A DNA stretch of 64,000 nt from a virus. Below are positions 39,067 to 49,184 of the stretch, piece after piece (positions within the stretch are counted from its first letter, which is position 1; the number at the start of each line of letters is the position of its first letter). A program made the translations under genes and the position numbers. The stretch covers positions 10,012 through 74,011 of IMG/VR virus record IMGVR_UViG_3300005747_000263; one strand, given 5' to 3'. Below the pieces are notes generated by a model. It saw only the letters and a list, made by a program, of their open reading frames with translations, made no database searches and had not been told where the DNA came from.

Positions 39067-39594
39067 ATGGTTGACGTTTACTTTAATGATTTACAATTGA
39101 ATGCTGCTGGCATAGAATGTAATATCCCCGATGTTAAGCGTAGTAAATCATTTAGTAATCGTTCACACGTATTTGTAGACAGTAGTAATTACAGAACATA
39201 TCCCATTAGCGCTGAGTCTACAAGTATTGACTTAGAAATTGTTCTACGAACTACTAGTGGTGTATGGACTGATTTACTCGACATGGAGAAATTAATTTTC
39301 GATGAATGTACGCGTCAAGCGTCAGAGAAAATTCCTATTCGTATTAGAACTACAACTAATACGTATTTAAATAAGAATGACTATTTTGTCTTCTTAGAAG
39401 ACGTTAATTACCGACGCGTCGGTACTGACGGCGTACACCATTTAGTTATTAAACTGAATGGTTTAGTTTACGGTATCAGCACCGCCAACGGCGGTACAAT
39501 TGACCCGACGAATCCTTGGAATGAAGTTGCACCGACACCGGCTTTCGGTATCGGCACTAACATTATTGGTTCCACACTCATAGGCGGAGATTAA
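39067..39594 (+). CDS. distal-tail-like protein 2
   Basis: Shares LQ.N, IP.R.RT and GIS...GG.IDP..PW with 38608. Confidence 0.5.
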   Translation: MVDVYFNDLQLNAAGIECNIPDVKRSKSFSNRSHVFVDSSNYRTYPISAESTSIDLEIVLRTTSGVWTDLLDMEKLIFDECTRQASEKIPIRIRTTTNTYLNKNDYFVFLEDVNYRRVGTDGVHHLVIKLNGLVYGISTANGGTIDPTNPWNEVAPTPAFGIGTNIIGSTLIGGD

Positions 39595-39595
39595 A

Positions 39596-41974
39596 ATGGC
39601 ATATCCCACCACTATTGCATCGTTTTCCCAAACGGAATTTAAGAAAGCCAGTAACCTAGCATCTAGCACTGCCGCTGCTAACTACAGTAGTAGCGCAACT
39701 GCTATTGCGGTAAATAACGCTTCAAACCTTACGGTTTGGCCGAGTGATAACTTTGTTATTTATAACCAAGATACTGATGAATTAATTTTCTGCTCTAGTC
39801 GGTCTGGTAATAACTTAACTGTTGTTCGTAACCATGGTGGCAATGGTGCCGCCGCAATTACATCTGGCGATACGTTAAGTGTGGTTTGGGATGCCGCTAC
39901 TTATGAGCACATGTGTAATGAAATCATTAACATTGAAACTGCTCTGGGAACCAATTTCGATGCAACCGATTTCTTTGATAAAACCGTCGATGATACCGAC
40001 GATATTACCGAGAGTGCCACTCGGTTATTCTTTACTACCGCAGAGCAAGCTAAATTAGCTGGCATTGAAGCCGGTGCGACCGCCGACCAGACGGCGGCAG
40101 ACATTAGGGGATTGGGATTCTTCGATGTAACGAACGACGGCACGGGTAGTGGCTTAGATGCCGATACAGTCGATGGCATTGAGGCTGCAGCATTCCTTCG
40201 TTCCGATACGGCGGATAATGCGGCAGGAATCATTACTTTCGATAACGGTTTAAAAACAGATACTATCAGTGAAGATACTCCCGACACGGGAGTTACGATT
40301 GACGGCTTACTCATTAAAGATGGAGAAGCGGATTTATCGACGGTTGCTAAGCAACTTAAGAGTGCAACTACAGATGTGGACATTAGCGCTTCTGCCGCAC
40401 CGACGGTTGGTCAAGTTTTAACTGCAATCAATAGTACTAGTGCTAGTTGGCAAACTTTCGGAGCCACTAGTCAGAGTGTTACACCTAATAGTCAGACTGG
40501 TACTACATACACTGTTGTCAACGATGACAACGGTAAATTAATCTCGTTTAATAATGCGTCTGACATTGCGGTCACATTGCCCGACGCTGCAGGTACGGGA
40601 TTCGATAACGGATGGTATGCTTTCGTTCAAAATACTGGCGTGGGAACTGTAACTATTACTCCTACGACTAGCACCATTGATGGTGCGGCAACGCTAGTAT
40701 TAACTACCGACCAAGGTGCATTGATTGCATCGGACGGGACTAATTACTTTAGTGAAAGGGGAACTGGTGGTCTAGACATTGATGGTTTAGACCTGGATGC
40801 TTCTCCCGGTTCCGACGACTTCATTGTATTTTACGATACTACAGAGGGAGTTAATAATAAAGCTGCTCCCGGAGATATTTCGCCACTAATTGACCACGAT
40901 GTCACTACGAACTTTGTAGCAGACGAACACATTGCTCACAGTGGCGTGGATATTACTGCCGGTGCAGGATTAACTGGTGGCGGTGACATTACTGCTACGC
41001 GCACTCTTGATGTGGGAGCCGGAACTGGTATTACAGTTAATGCCAATGATGTAGCCGTAGACCAATCGTTTAGTCCAACTTGGACTGGAACTCACGACTT
41101 TACGGGCGCAACGATTACTGTCCCAACTCCTACCGCATCTTCACAGGCTACTACTAAAGATTACGTAGACGGTTTAGTCGAAGGTCTCAAGGGTAAGGGT
41201 CTTGTCGTTGCAGTTAGCGATTCAAACATTGCTTCATTAAGTGGTACAACTACTATTGATTCTGTTTCTGTCGTCGCCGAAGATGTTGTTTTATTGACTG
41301 GTCAAACTACGGCTAGCGAGAATGGTTCTTGGGTTGTTAAGGCTGGCGCTTGGGTTAGACCCGATAACTTTGATGTGGGGGTGAGTGCTTCTACTGCATT
41401 CTGGCTGTGTGACGAGGGTACTAATTACGCAGATACTCGCTGGTGGTGTACTAACAATGTCGGTAGCGATGTTGTTGATACCGATAACTTAACGATTGTT
41501 CGATTTAGTGGTGCTGCCGAGATTACTGCGGGTTCGGGGTTAAGTAAGAGCGGTAACACTGTTGACTTGGATTTCCCCGGCTTAACTGCTGAAACTACTC
41601 CCGTCACGGGGGATTTACTCGCAATTTATGATACCGTGGGGACGGCGCATAAGAAACTCGACTGGGAGGACGCCACCACTCCTGCGGTTCCCGCCGAAGA
41701 GACTGGTGCTTTCACAATTGGCGACGCTGAACATAACAGTGTCATTCGCGCTTCTGGTACATTTACAATCACATTAGACCATTCCGCAGGGAGCGACCCA
41801 CCCAGGACGGGTTTCAACTGTGTCATCATTAACACGGGCACTGGTACCCTAACGTTCTCTTCTACTGATACCATTAACAGTGTGGATGCGGCTGTGACTC
41901 ACTTGACGCAGTACGGCCAAATCGGTGCCTTCTACGATGGTGCTGAATGGTACATTAGCGGCCAATTGGAGTAA
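39596..41974 (+). CDS. tail fibre protein
   Basis: GSGLDADTVDG, AGAGLTGGG, ATTKDYVD, VLL.GQT...ENG.W fibre motifs. Confidence 0.8.
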   Translation: MAYPTTIASFSQTEFKKASNLASSTAAANYSSSATAIAVNNASNLTVWPSDNFVIYNQDTDELIFCSSRSGNNLTVVRNHGGNGAAAITSGDTLSVVWDAATYEHMCNEIINIETALGTNFDATDFFDKTVDDTDDITESATRLFFTTAEQAKLAGIEAGATADQTAADIRGLGFFDVTNDGTGSGLDADTVDGIEAAAFLRSDTADNAAGIITFDNGLKTDTISEDTPDTGVTIDGLLIKDGEADLSTVAKQLKSATTDVDISASAAPTVGQVLTAINSTSASWQTFGATSQSVTPNSQTGTTYTVVNDDNGKLISFNNASDIAVTLPDAAGTGFDNGWYAFVQNTGVGTVTITPTTSTIDGAATLVLTTDQGALIASDGTNYFSERGTGGLDIDGLDLDASPGSDDFIVFYDTTEGVNNKAAPGDISPLIDHDVTTNFVADEHIAHSGVDITAGAGLTGGGDITATRTLDVGAGTGITVNANDVAVDQSFSPTWTGTHDFTGATITVPTPTASSQATTKDYVDGLVEGLKGKGLVVAVSDSNIASLSGTTTIDSVSVVAEDVVLLTGQTTASENGSWVVKAGAWVRPDNFDVGVSASTAFWLCDEGTNYADTRWWCTNNVGSDVVDTDNLTIVRFSGAAEITAGSGLSKSGNTVDLDFPGLTAETTPVTGDLLAIYDTVGTAHKKLDWEDATTPAVPAEETGAFTIGDAEHNSVIRASGTFTITLDHSAGSDPPRTGFNCVIINTGTGTLTFSSTDTINSVDAAVTHLTQYGQIGAFYDGAEWYISGQLE

Positions 41975-41979
41975 TCATT

Positions 41980-44900
41980 ATGGTTGGCGTTCTCGGTGGC
42001 ACGATGCTCGTGTATTTCGCGCAATTGTCGCGCACGTTTGGCGTGTTCGCTCCGCAGGGTATGCGCGTGGAAACCACTTTGTCGCCGTTCGACCATTCTG
42101 GTAATGGTTATGATTTGACGGTGACGGGCGCGACGGCTCGTTCGACTTCGGACTCGGAGATTCTGGCGCGGTGGGGCCGAGGATACGACTTCGATGGGGC
42201 AAGTGACTATCTTCGCTCAACGAATTCCGCACTACAAATCACGGGCGACTTCTCTGCCACTTGTGTATTTCATGCAGATAGCGTATCTGCCAAACAAACA
42301 ATATTCGGTTACTTGGGGGATTCGTCAGCAGAAACGGAAGCGACGAATATCCTATACCGCCTGACTATTGAATCGGATGGGACGATTGACTACCTACACG
42401 AATACAGCACGGGAAGCAACGAAATCTTGTCGTCAACGGAGACCATTTCGACAGGCATCCACGAACTAACTATCACGAGGGATGTTTCCACCAACACTGT
42501 TGTAGTATATGTCGATGGCGTGGAATTCATCAATGATACGTACACGAATGACCCCACGGGAGGGACGGATACGACTGATGGGTTTTTGATTGGTTCCAGC
42601 GATGTTGGCTCCACTGAAAACTTGAATGGTGCAGTATATGAACTCCGCATCTGGGATTCACTCGTTGACCAAGAACTCCTTGACCAAATCGTGGACCCCG
42701 ACGACCTTACATATCGGAATACACCAGAAGGCAATGAACTAGCGTGTTGGTTCATGGAGAAACCAGTCGATTCCTTTGTTGATTTATCTGGCAACAATAA
42801 TCATTTAACAGAGACGGGCACGATTGATACGCGCTTCGGTCCAGAACAAAAGTTTGGCGGCGGTGTTGGTGGATTCACGACGAGTGATTACCTCTCAGTC
42901 GCGTCTGGTCAGGTCGCCGACATTGAGGGAGATTTAACAGTTGCCGTTAGGGGTCGATGGGGGGACTTGTCAGCAAGTGAAGTATTGTTTGACGCCTCCG
43001 AGACTGGGTTCGGAACTAGCGCATACATGATTCAGGCGCTAACGGACGGTACTATCAGATTTGAGCAAGCAAGTTCTAGTAATTCTGTTAATACATACGA
43101 CTCTTCTTCTGGGGTAGCCAGCGCAGGCGATGAATTCTTCATGAAAATTAGGCGCGACGCGGGAGCCTCGTTGATTGTTGAATACAACGGCACTGAAGTA
43201 ATCAATACGACGCCTGCTACGGTGTTTAGCAACACTTTTACGAGCCTGTGGCTTGGAGTTAATCGTACATCTTCTAGTTACGACAGGCCGTTAGGTGGTG
43301 CGATTTACGCTCTCGCAGTTTGGGACAAACTCGCCGACGAATCGTTAGTCAACAAGTGGCTGAATGCCTCGACCCCTGACTATCGCCGCGCCGCCCCCGA
43401 CAATCCCATTGCTCACTATGAATTTAACAGGTTGGAACCGACTATTGATTCATCCGAGAACGGCTTTGACCTCACGGAAGTGAGTGGGCCATTCACTGCC
43501 GTCTACAAGAACGGTTTAGCGGTCGCTCCAATCGATTACAGTGGTAACGGTTACAATTTAACAGTTACTGGCGCTACTGACCGTGGTTCGCCTGACGGTC
43601 GATGGGGTAAAGGATACAACTTCGATGGTACGAATGACGAACTCGAAACCACGACTGGTGGTATCGATTTCATGGATGATTTGTCTCTAACCATTACATT
43701 TGTTCAAGATACAGATGCTGGAACATCCACAAACACTCACTCTATTATCGGTAATCATACCAGTGGTGGTGCGGACCTTGGATTCCTCCTTCGCGTTGAA
43801 TCGGATTCTGGACAGAAACTGAAATTCTACCAAGAAACCAATGGAACTGGACAGGACAGTTGGGACGTTGGTACAGTAGTTAATGGTACGATACACACTG
43901 TGACGGTTCGACGCAGTGATTCTGCCAAGACTCTAGTCATTTACTTTGACGGTGTCAAAACGGTCGATACGACTTACACGGACATTCAGGACGATGCCGT
44001 CACTCGTGAGATTTATCTGGGTCACTCCCCGTCTGGTTCCAGTCGATTTTTGGATGGTGCAATCTATGAGTGTCGTGTCTGGGACTCACTCGTCTCGCAA
44101 GCCACTCTAGATGCAATCGTTGACCCCAACGACGACACTTACAAATTCACACCCGAAGGGACAGAGGTTGCTTGCTGGTTCATGCAGAAAGACCTAAAGG
44201 GTTTCGCGGAGGGGCAGACTTTGGATGGCTCGGCGGATTACTGGGACGTACCGAACGATGCGTCCTTGGCGCACACAGGTGACCAAACAATTTTACTTCG
44301 TGCAAGTCTTGACTCACTTACTTCTGGGTCGGGTGCGCTGTTCTCACTCGGTGAGTCGGCAGGGGCAGATGCCAACGACGTAAACATGGACTTGGTTTTC
44401 AGCACCGCGACGGATGAATACATTTTCCAAGTTGGGAATGGCACTACTCGGGATGACATTGTCGTCCCGGCTACGGCAGGGGAACATACATTCGTTTGTA
44501 TTCGGGATGTGACCAATAATACGATTAAGTTACGAATTGACGGTTCTGAAACCACTGAAACTTTGACCGTTATCCCGACTACAACATCCCCGCGCTTCAG
44601 GATAGGGTCTAGACCGTTTGCGGCGGCAAGTGTATTCTGGGATGGGGTCTTTCACGACCTTCGCATCCTCAACCGCGTCCCAACCGCCGATGAAATCACC
44701 GCTTACGAGAACGGTGAAATTGACAACTTGAATCCATTTGGGGATGAAGTCGCGGCGTGGGGCTTTGGAACTCCCTCTACACAAAAGGTACGCAAAAACA
44801 GCACGACTGATTACACTCACAGCGGCCACGATTTGACGGAAGTCAGTGGTCCGTTTACCCCTGTTTATGCCACGGGTTACGCATTGACGCCGAATGATTT

Positions 44901-46167
44901 CTCTGGTAATGGTCACCACTTGACCGTGACTGGGGCGACTCAGCGGCCCGGTGTTGATGACCGTTGGGGGTTGGCTTACGACTTTGATGGAACAAATGAT
45001 GATTTGAATTCGTCCAACTCCAACTTGAACATTACTGGGGACTTATGCATCACTTGGGTCGGAACGATTGACACGCTAGAGTCTGGTAATCAGTTAATCG
45101 GCTGGTCCGATGCAGGGGAGACAGAAGCGACGAATGTCACATACCTGATTCAAAATGCATCTAACCAGTGGAGATATGTTCACGAATATAGTGCAGGTTC
45201 TAATGAACTTGTTGACACGGGAACCGTTACGACGGGTTTGCATCGGATAACGCTGAGACGAGACGATTCCACTAAGAATGTTACCATGAAAGTCGATGGG
45301 GTGACTGTCATAGACTTCGATTATACCAATTCACCCACGGGCGGTACGACAGGGGCGTTCTCGATTGCTCACCAGTTAGACGGTGGCAATACCTATATGG
45401 ATGGGTCTGTTTACGAATGTCGCATCTGGGACAGCCTCGTCTCCCAAGCCACGCTGGACGCCATCGTTGACCCAAACGACACTACATACAAAGGAGTCGC
45501 CGAAGGCACCGAAGTAGGTTACTGGTCCATGAATAAGGACTTGACAGGATTCGGGCACGGGCAGGAATTGGATGGTAGCGCGGATTACTATACCGTGTCT
45601 AACGATGCGGATTTCGCTACGTCTGGCGACATGACTGTGATGACTCGCTACAAGAACGACTCGGTCGATTTTAGTAGTGGTGCTGATTTCATATTCAGTA
45701 TATGTGAATCTGGAGGAACGTTGCTTGAAGATGCCGCGCTTGCGCTTTATTATTCTAGCGCAGACGACCATCTTCGTGCCTCGACGGGCAACGGTACGAC
45801 TGTAGTAATAGCAGACTCCAATATCACTACGACAGCGTCAGAACATACAGTGATTGTAATCAGAGATAAGAGTGATGCTGATGAATTGAAGCTGAGACTG
45901 GATGGTTCAGAAGTCGATAATTCAGATATTTCTTCCATTACACCGACCACGTCGAGTATTGAGTTTAATATCGGACAAAGAGTCTACGATGGTGGCGGGA
46001 ATTATTTCAACGGTAGATTATATGATATCATCGTCCTAGACCGCTTACCAACCGCCGACGAGATTGCAGACTACGAAGCGGGAACCTTGACTGCGGCTAA
46101 CCCGCCAAGTGATGCCCTCGCCGCGTATGCGTTCGGGGACCCATTATTCGTAGACGAGGAATCATAA
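41980..46167 (+). CDS. multi-LamG/concanavalin-like adhesin (about six domains)
   Basis: Repeated D.SGNG...FDG..DY, YFDG and DG.IYE.RIWD motifs. Confidence 0.85.
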   Translation: MVGVLGGTMLVYFAQLSRTFGVFAPQGMRVETTLSPFDHSGNGYDLTVTGATARSTSDSEILARWGRGYDFDGASDYLRSTNSALQITGDFSATCVFHADSVSAKQTIFGYLGDSSAETEATNILYRLTIESDGTIDYLHEYSTGSNEILSSTETISTGIHELTITRDVSTNTVVVYVDGVEFINDTYTNDPTGGTDTTDGFLIGSSDVGSTENLNGAVYELRIWDSLVDQELLDQIVDPDDLTYRNTPEGNELACWFMEKPVDSFVDLSGNNNHLTETGTIDTRFGPEQKFGGGVGGFTTSDYLSVASGQVADIEGDLTVAVRGRWGDLSASEVLFDASETGFGTSAYMIQALTDGTIRFEQASSSNSVNTYDSSSGVASAGDEFFMKIRRDAGASLIVEYNGTEVINTTPATVFSNTFTSLWLGVNRTSSSYDRPLGGAIYALAVWDKLADESLVNKWLNASTPDYRRAAPDNPIAHYEFNRLEPTIDSSENGFDLTEVSGPFTAVYKNGLAVAPIDYSGNGYNLTVTGATDRGSPDGRWGKGYNFDGTNDELETTTGGIDFMDDLSLTITFVQDTDAGTSTNTHSIIGNHTSGGADLGFLLRVESDSGQKLKFYQETNGTGQDSWDVGTVVNGTIHTVTVRRSDSAKTLVIYFDGVKTVDTTYTDIQDDAVTREIYLGHSPSGSSRFLDGAIYECRVWDSLVSQATLDAIVDPNDDTYKFTPEGTEVACWFMQKDLKGFAEGQTLDGSADYWDVPNDASLAHTGDQTILLRASLDSLTSGSGALFSLGESAGADANDVNMDLVFSTATDEYIFQVGNGTTRDDIVVPATAGEHTFVCIRDVTNNTIKLRIDGSETTETLTVIPTTTSPRFRIGSRPFAAASVFWDGVFHDLRILNRVPTADEITAYENGEIDNLNPFGDEVAAWGFGTPSTQKVRKNSTTDYTHSGHDLTEVSGPFTPVYATGYALTPNDFSGNGHHLTVTGATQRPGVDDRWGLAYDFDGTNDDLNSSNSNLNITGDLCITWVGTIDTLESGNQLIGWSDAGETEATNVTYLIQNASNQWRYVHEYSAGSNELVDTGTVTTGLHRITLRRDDSTKNVTMKVDGVTVIDFDYTNSPTGGTTGAFSIAHQLDGGNTYMDGSVYECRIWDSLVSQATLDAIVDPNDTTYKGVAEGTEVGYWSMNKDLTGFGHGQELDGSADYYTVSNDADFATSGDMTVMTRYKNDSVDFSSGADFIFSICESGGTLLEDAALALYYSSADDHLRASTGNGTTVVIADSNITTTASEHTVIVIRDKSDADELKLRLDGSEVDNSDISSITPTTSSIEFNIGQRVYDGGGNYFNGRLYDIIVLDRLPTADEIADYEAGTLTAANPPSDALAAYAFGDPLFVDEES

Positions 46168-46601
46168 TGAACGCACCAATACCACACCCAATACCAGATA
46201 ACGAATGGATAGAGCACTTAACTTCCCGTGGCAAGTCAAAAAACGTCATGGCATACACATGGGGCAATGATGATGGCTCCCCTAATGGGGAAGACCATAT
46301 TGTTCTCAAGGAGTCTGATTTCAAAGCTGTTCTTGCGGGTAATCCATCAAGGGCCATTAAGCGACGAATCGTCCATGAATTGGGTCACAACTTCGATAAG
46401 GACCGGAACAGCTTCGACCGTGTATACGACCATCCACATATTGATACGGAGGGATTGTGGGCTGCGATTAAGGACGCTGTATTAGTGAAGAAGTTTGGTA
46501 CGATGTCCGCCATTGAGCAACTTCAATGGTTTGCTAAACCTAAGCACATTTGGGCTATATATGATGATGTTGTAACTGAATGGCGCAATTACACTTATTA
46601 G
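46167..46601 (+). CDS. zincin-like metallopeptidase
   Basis: IVHELGH...DH motif. Confidence 0.65.
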   Translation: MNAPIPHPIPDNEWIEHLTSRGKSKNVMAYTWGNDDGSPNGEDHIVLKESDFKAVLAGNPSRAIKRRIVHELGHNFDKDRNSFDRVYDHPHIDTEGLWAAIKDAVLVKKFGTMSAIEQLQWFAKPKHIWAIYDDVVTEWRNYTY

Positions 46602-46610
46602 GAGTTATTT

Positions 46611-47312
46611 ATGATTAAGAAAATTTTGTTAGCCATTTTTATTTTAATGCTTGCCGTTTTGGGTATGCCGTTCGGTGTGGGTCAGTATGACCCGGCGGAC
46701 CCTAGTACTGGTAGTAGTGATTACGACCATGATATGTTGACGGCTGCCGAGGAGTACCAAATCTCCACGGACCCCCGCATCTTCGACACCGACGGTGACG
46801 GGATGTACGACGGCTGGGAAGCGTTCTTTGATGTTGGTCCCGCTCTTTATAATCCTGAAGCCGACCCCGACATGGATGGGTGTAGTAATCTACTCGAATT
46901 CGAGATGGCTACGCATCCACGTAAGGCAGACACCGACGGCGATGGCTTGAGCGACTGCAACGACAGTGACCCCTTGTTCAACCCCTACGAGGGTGGAGCG
47001 GCTGGCGGCGACTTCGTAGGCGACCGTGGCCCCAGTGGCACTCCTGAAGAAGGCGGCGGTACTGGCGGCGAATCTGGTTCCAGCGAAGGTGAATCCGGTG
47101 AAGGCCAGGGTGGTGAAGGCCAGGGCGAAGGCGGTAATGGCGAAGGTCAAGGTCAGGGTAATGGTGGAGAAGGCAATGGTGATGGGGGAGAAGGTCAACC
47201 CGGCGAGGGTGGCGAAGGTGAAGCTACTCCCGGTGAAGGTTCCGGCAACGGAAATGGTGGCGGAGATGGCGGACCAAGTGGTCCAGTGTCTCCACCCATC
47301 GGAAGTCCATAA
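46611..47312 (+). CDS. secreted protein with TSP3-like Ca-binding repeats and Gly/Glu-rich tail
   Basis: Signal peptide; DTDGDGMYDGWE, DPDMDG, DTDGDGLSD; low-complexity GEG tail. Confidence 0.75.
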   Translation: MIKKILLAIFILMLAVLGMPFGVGQYDPADPSTGSSDYDHDMLTAAEEYQISTDPRIFDTDGDGMYDGWEAFFDVGPALYNPEADPDMDGCSNLLEFEMATHPRKADTDGDGLSDCNDSDPLFNPYEGGAAGGDFVGDRGPSGTPEEGGGTGGESGSSEGESGEGQGGEGQGEGGNGEGQGQGNGGEGNGDGGEGQPGEGGEGEATPGEGSGNGNGGGDGGPSGPVSPPIGSP

Positions 47313-47414
47313 ACGCTTTCTAAGCGCATTTCTCGGGCCAAGTGGACCCGATGTACCTCTACCCCCATCAATCGCTCTTAGAAACCGTTCTAGGGGCCTT
47401 AGAATTGATTCTGG
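47311..47414. repeat. phased ~100-bp element, copy D
   Basis: AAACGCTTTCTAAGC ... CTTAGAA ... GGGGCCTTAGAATTGATT. Confidence 0.55.
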
Positions 47415-47569
47415 CACAATAGTTGTGCCCCAGTTTCGGCTGTAAACCGATTTAGGGCGGAATTGGCCGCCACATTCACACTCAGGCCCAAGGGAGGAGT
47501 TCCTCCGCACTCCCTTGGGTCCCCAGTGTGCGCGCCCCTAGTATACTATACACTATACTACGTATAGTA

Positions 47570-47812
47570 TTACTTCATAAGTTTCCTTGCTTTAGTTACT
47601 AGTCGAGGAGTAATTACTCTTATCAACCTATCATAATGATACCTTGATATGGTTCCTTGTTCTAATTGTTTATCTAATGCAGGTAAATAACTCTTACTTA
47701 ACCACTTAATGATTTCTTTTTCTCGTTCAACGCTAAGTTTCTTATGAGTAATTACTTCTCCCTCCGTAGGAGACTGGTTAGTATTACTCTTGTTTACTGT
47801 TTTCTTTGGCAT
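47570..47812 (-). CDS. small basic hypothetical protein
   Basis: 80 aa; last gene of the minus-strand block. Confidence 0.5.
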   Translation of the reverse strand: MPKKTVNKSNTNQSPTEGEVITHKKLSVEREKEIIKWLSKSYLPALDKQLEQGTISRYHYDRLIRVITPRLVTKARKLMK

Positions 47813-48917
47813 TTCTAATATTCCTCACGTGTTTGAGTAGTAATTCTTTCTTACGGGCGGCACTATAATTATAGTGCGGGTAATTTAATTCATGGTTTCC
47901 CTTACAGTATCCCTTTGCTTGGAGGGTTTCACAGGATGGTGCCCATAATTTCTTTTTAAGCATGTTGCTTAATTGCATGTGGCTGATTTTGTAGTCGAAC
48001 TTTTCTGGGCCGCGAATTTGCCGGAATATTTCTAACATATCTTTAAGGTCGTACTCGCAACGCATTAATTCGAGGGCAATGTATGTGCTTTCTTCAAAGT
48101 TTGGATTGCTCTTCGTCATCATGTCTAGGATACAGGCACGGATTGGTTTGTGTCCGTAAGCTGTATTGGTGAGTTTGCGGAGCAATTGGTCTTTAATGGT
48201 TCGCTCTTGATAGTATTCTGTATCGACGCGGCGCAGCCTTTTATCTCGCAAGTGTTTGAGTACTGCTGGGATAATGTAATCGAAGTAACTACTTGGTTCT
48301 GGAGTGTTGTTTAACTTTCTCTTCTTCTTGGCGAGATGCATGACTGCTTCTGGCGTGTAATTGTATGCTTCCTCAATTGTGAGTGGGATGCAGTACAGGC
48401 CGCTCTTGTGGTTAATGGTGTTGGGGATGCGGCGCATTTGGGCGAAGCCATTGTTTGCTTGCATGTCGAAATCGACGCCGGATAGTTTAGCCATTTGGCG
48501 AATAATGTATTGGATAACATTTTTATCCTTCATTACGTCGAAGTCGCGGCTCAACTTGATTAAAATGTGATAGCCACTGCGACCGCTGAAAAAGATTTGT
48601 AAATTGATTTGCTTATCGGGCGTGGATTCTTTATTGCACCAATCAATGAAGTGGCGCAATTGATGCCAAGTCTTAGTATTTAACAGTTCGTGTCCCTCGC
48701 TGTCAATTTCGAGGAAGAACTTATCCATTCTGGCAGTATCATAAATGGGTGCCCCCTGTACATTGAGTTCAGTAAACTTGTACACACTCATGTACAGGGA
48801 GTCGGTGGGGTTGGCTTTGACGAATGACTGGATATCCTTTAAGTATTGTGCATCACGAACAACTCTGATACAACCTTGTCCGTTAACGCTTTTTCCTAAT
48901 TCAAAATATTCAGTCAT
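47784..48917 (-). CDS. archaeo-eukaryotic primase, PriS catalytic domain fused to a PriL-like C-terminal domain
   Basis: LEID, SGRSGYH, RRIPNTIN; C-terminal ACI...PSCETL...GYC. Confidence 0.85.
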   Translation of the reverse strand: MTEYFELGKSVNGQGCIRVVRDAQYLKDIQSFVKANPTDSLYMSVYKFTELNVQGAPIYDTARMDKFFLEIDSEGHELLNTKTWHQLRHFIDWCNKESTPDKQINLQIFFSGRSGYHILIKLSRDFDVMKDKNVIQYIIRQMAKLSGVDFDMQANNGFAQMRRIPNTINHKSGLYCIPLTIEEAYNYTPEAVMHLAKKKRKLNNTPEPSSYFDYIIPAVLKHLRDKRLRRVDTEYYQERTIKDQLLRKLTNTAYGHKPIRACILDMMTKSNPNFEESTYIALELMRCEYDLKDMLEIFRQIRGPEKFDYKISHMQLSNMLKKKLWAPSCETLQAKGYCKGNHELNYPHYNYSAARKKELLLKHVRNIRNAKENSKQE

Positions 48918-48923
48918 TTTATC

Positions 48924-49184
48924 TCACTTGTATGGTTTCAAACCATTGACTAAGTGTGTAACATAGAATGTTACTTTCCTAGTCTTCCATGCTCGACGAT
49001 TCTTTAAATAATTACCGTCGTCATCTGTTACGTACTGTAAGTAGTACCCTACTAAACCATTAGTATCACTACCGATATGGAGCCATACGTCACATATATC
49101 TTCGATATAGTTACCTCCGTCGTCTAAGACGATGAATGATTCCGTACTACTCCCTACCTGTAGTGATACCGGTACTCTGGACAT
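48924..49184 (-). CDS. hypothetical protein
   Basis: 86-aa ORF in operon. Confidence 0.5.
   Translation of the reverse strand: MSRVPVSLQVGSSTESFIVLDDGGNYIEDICDVWLHIGSDTNGLVGYYLQYVTDDDGNYLKNRRAWKTRKVTFYVTHLVNGLKPYK

Noticed and set aside
41980-46167. Diversity-generating retroelement acting on the adhesin repeats
   Set aside because: No reverse transcriptase in the window; repeat differences are not adenine-specific and both copies are in-frame coding
15012-46357. Many long antisense and alternate-frame ORFs over structural genes (e.g. 36757-37641, 22368-22994)
   Set aside because: Shadows of biased codon usage in well-supported plus-strand genes
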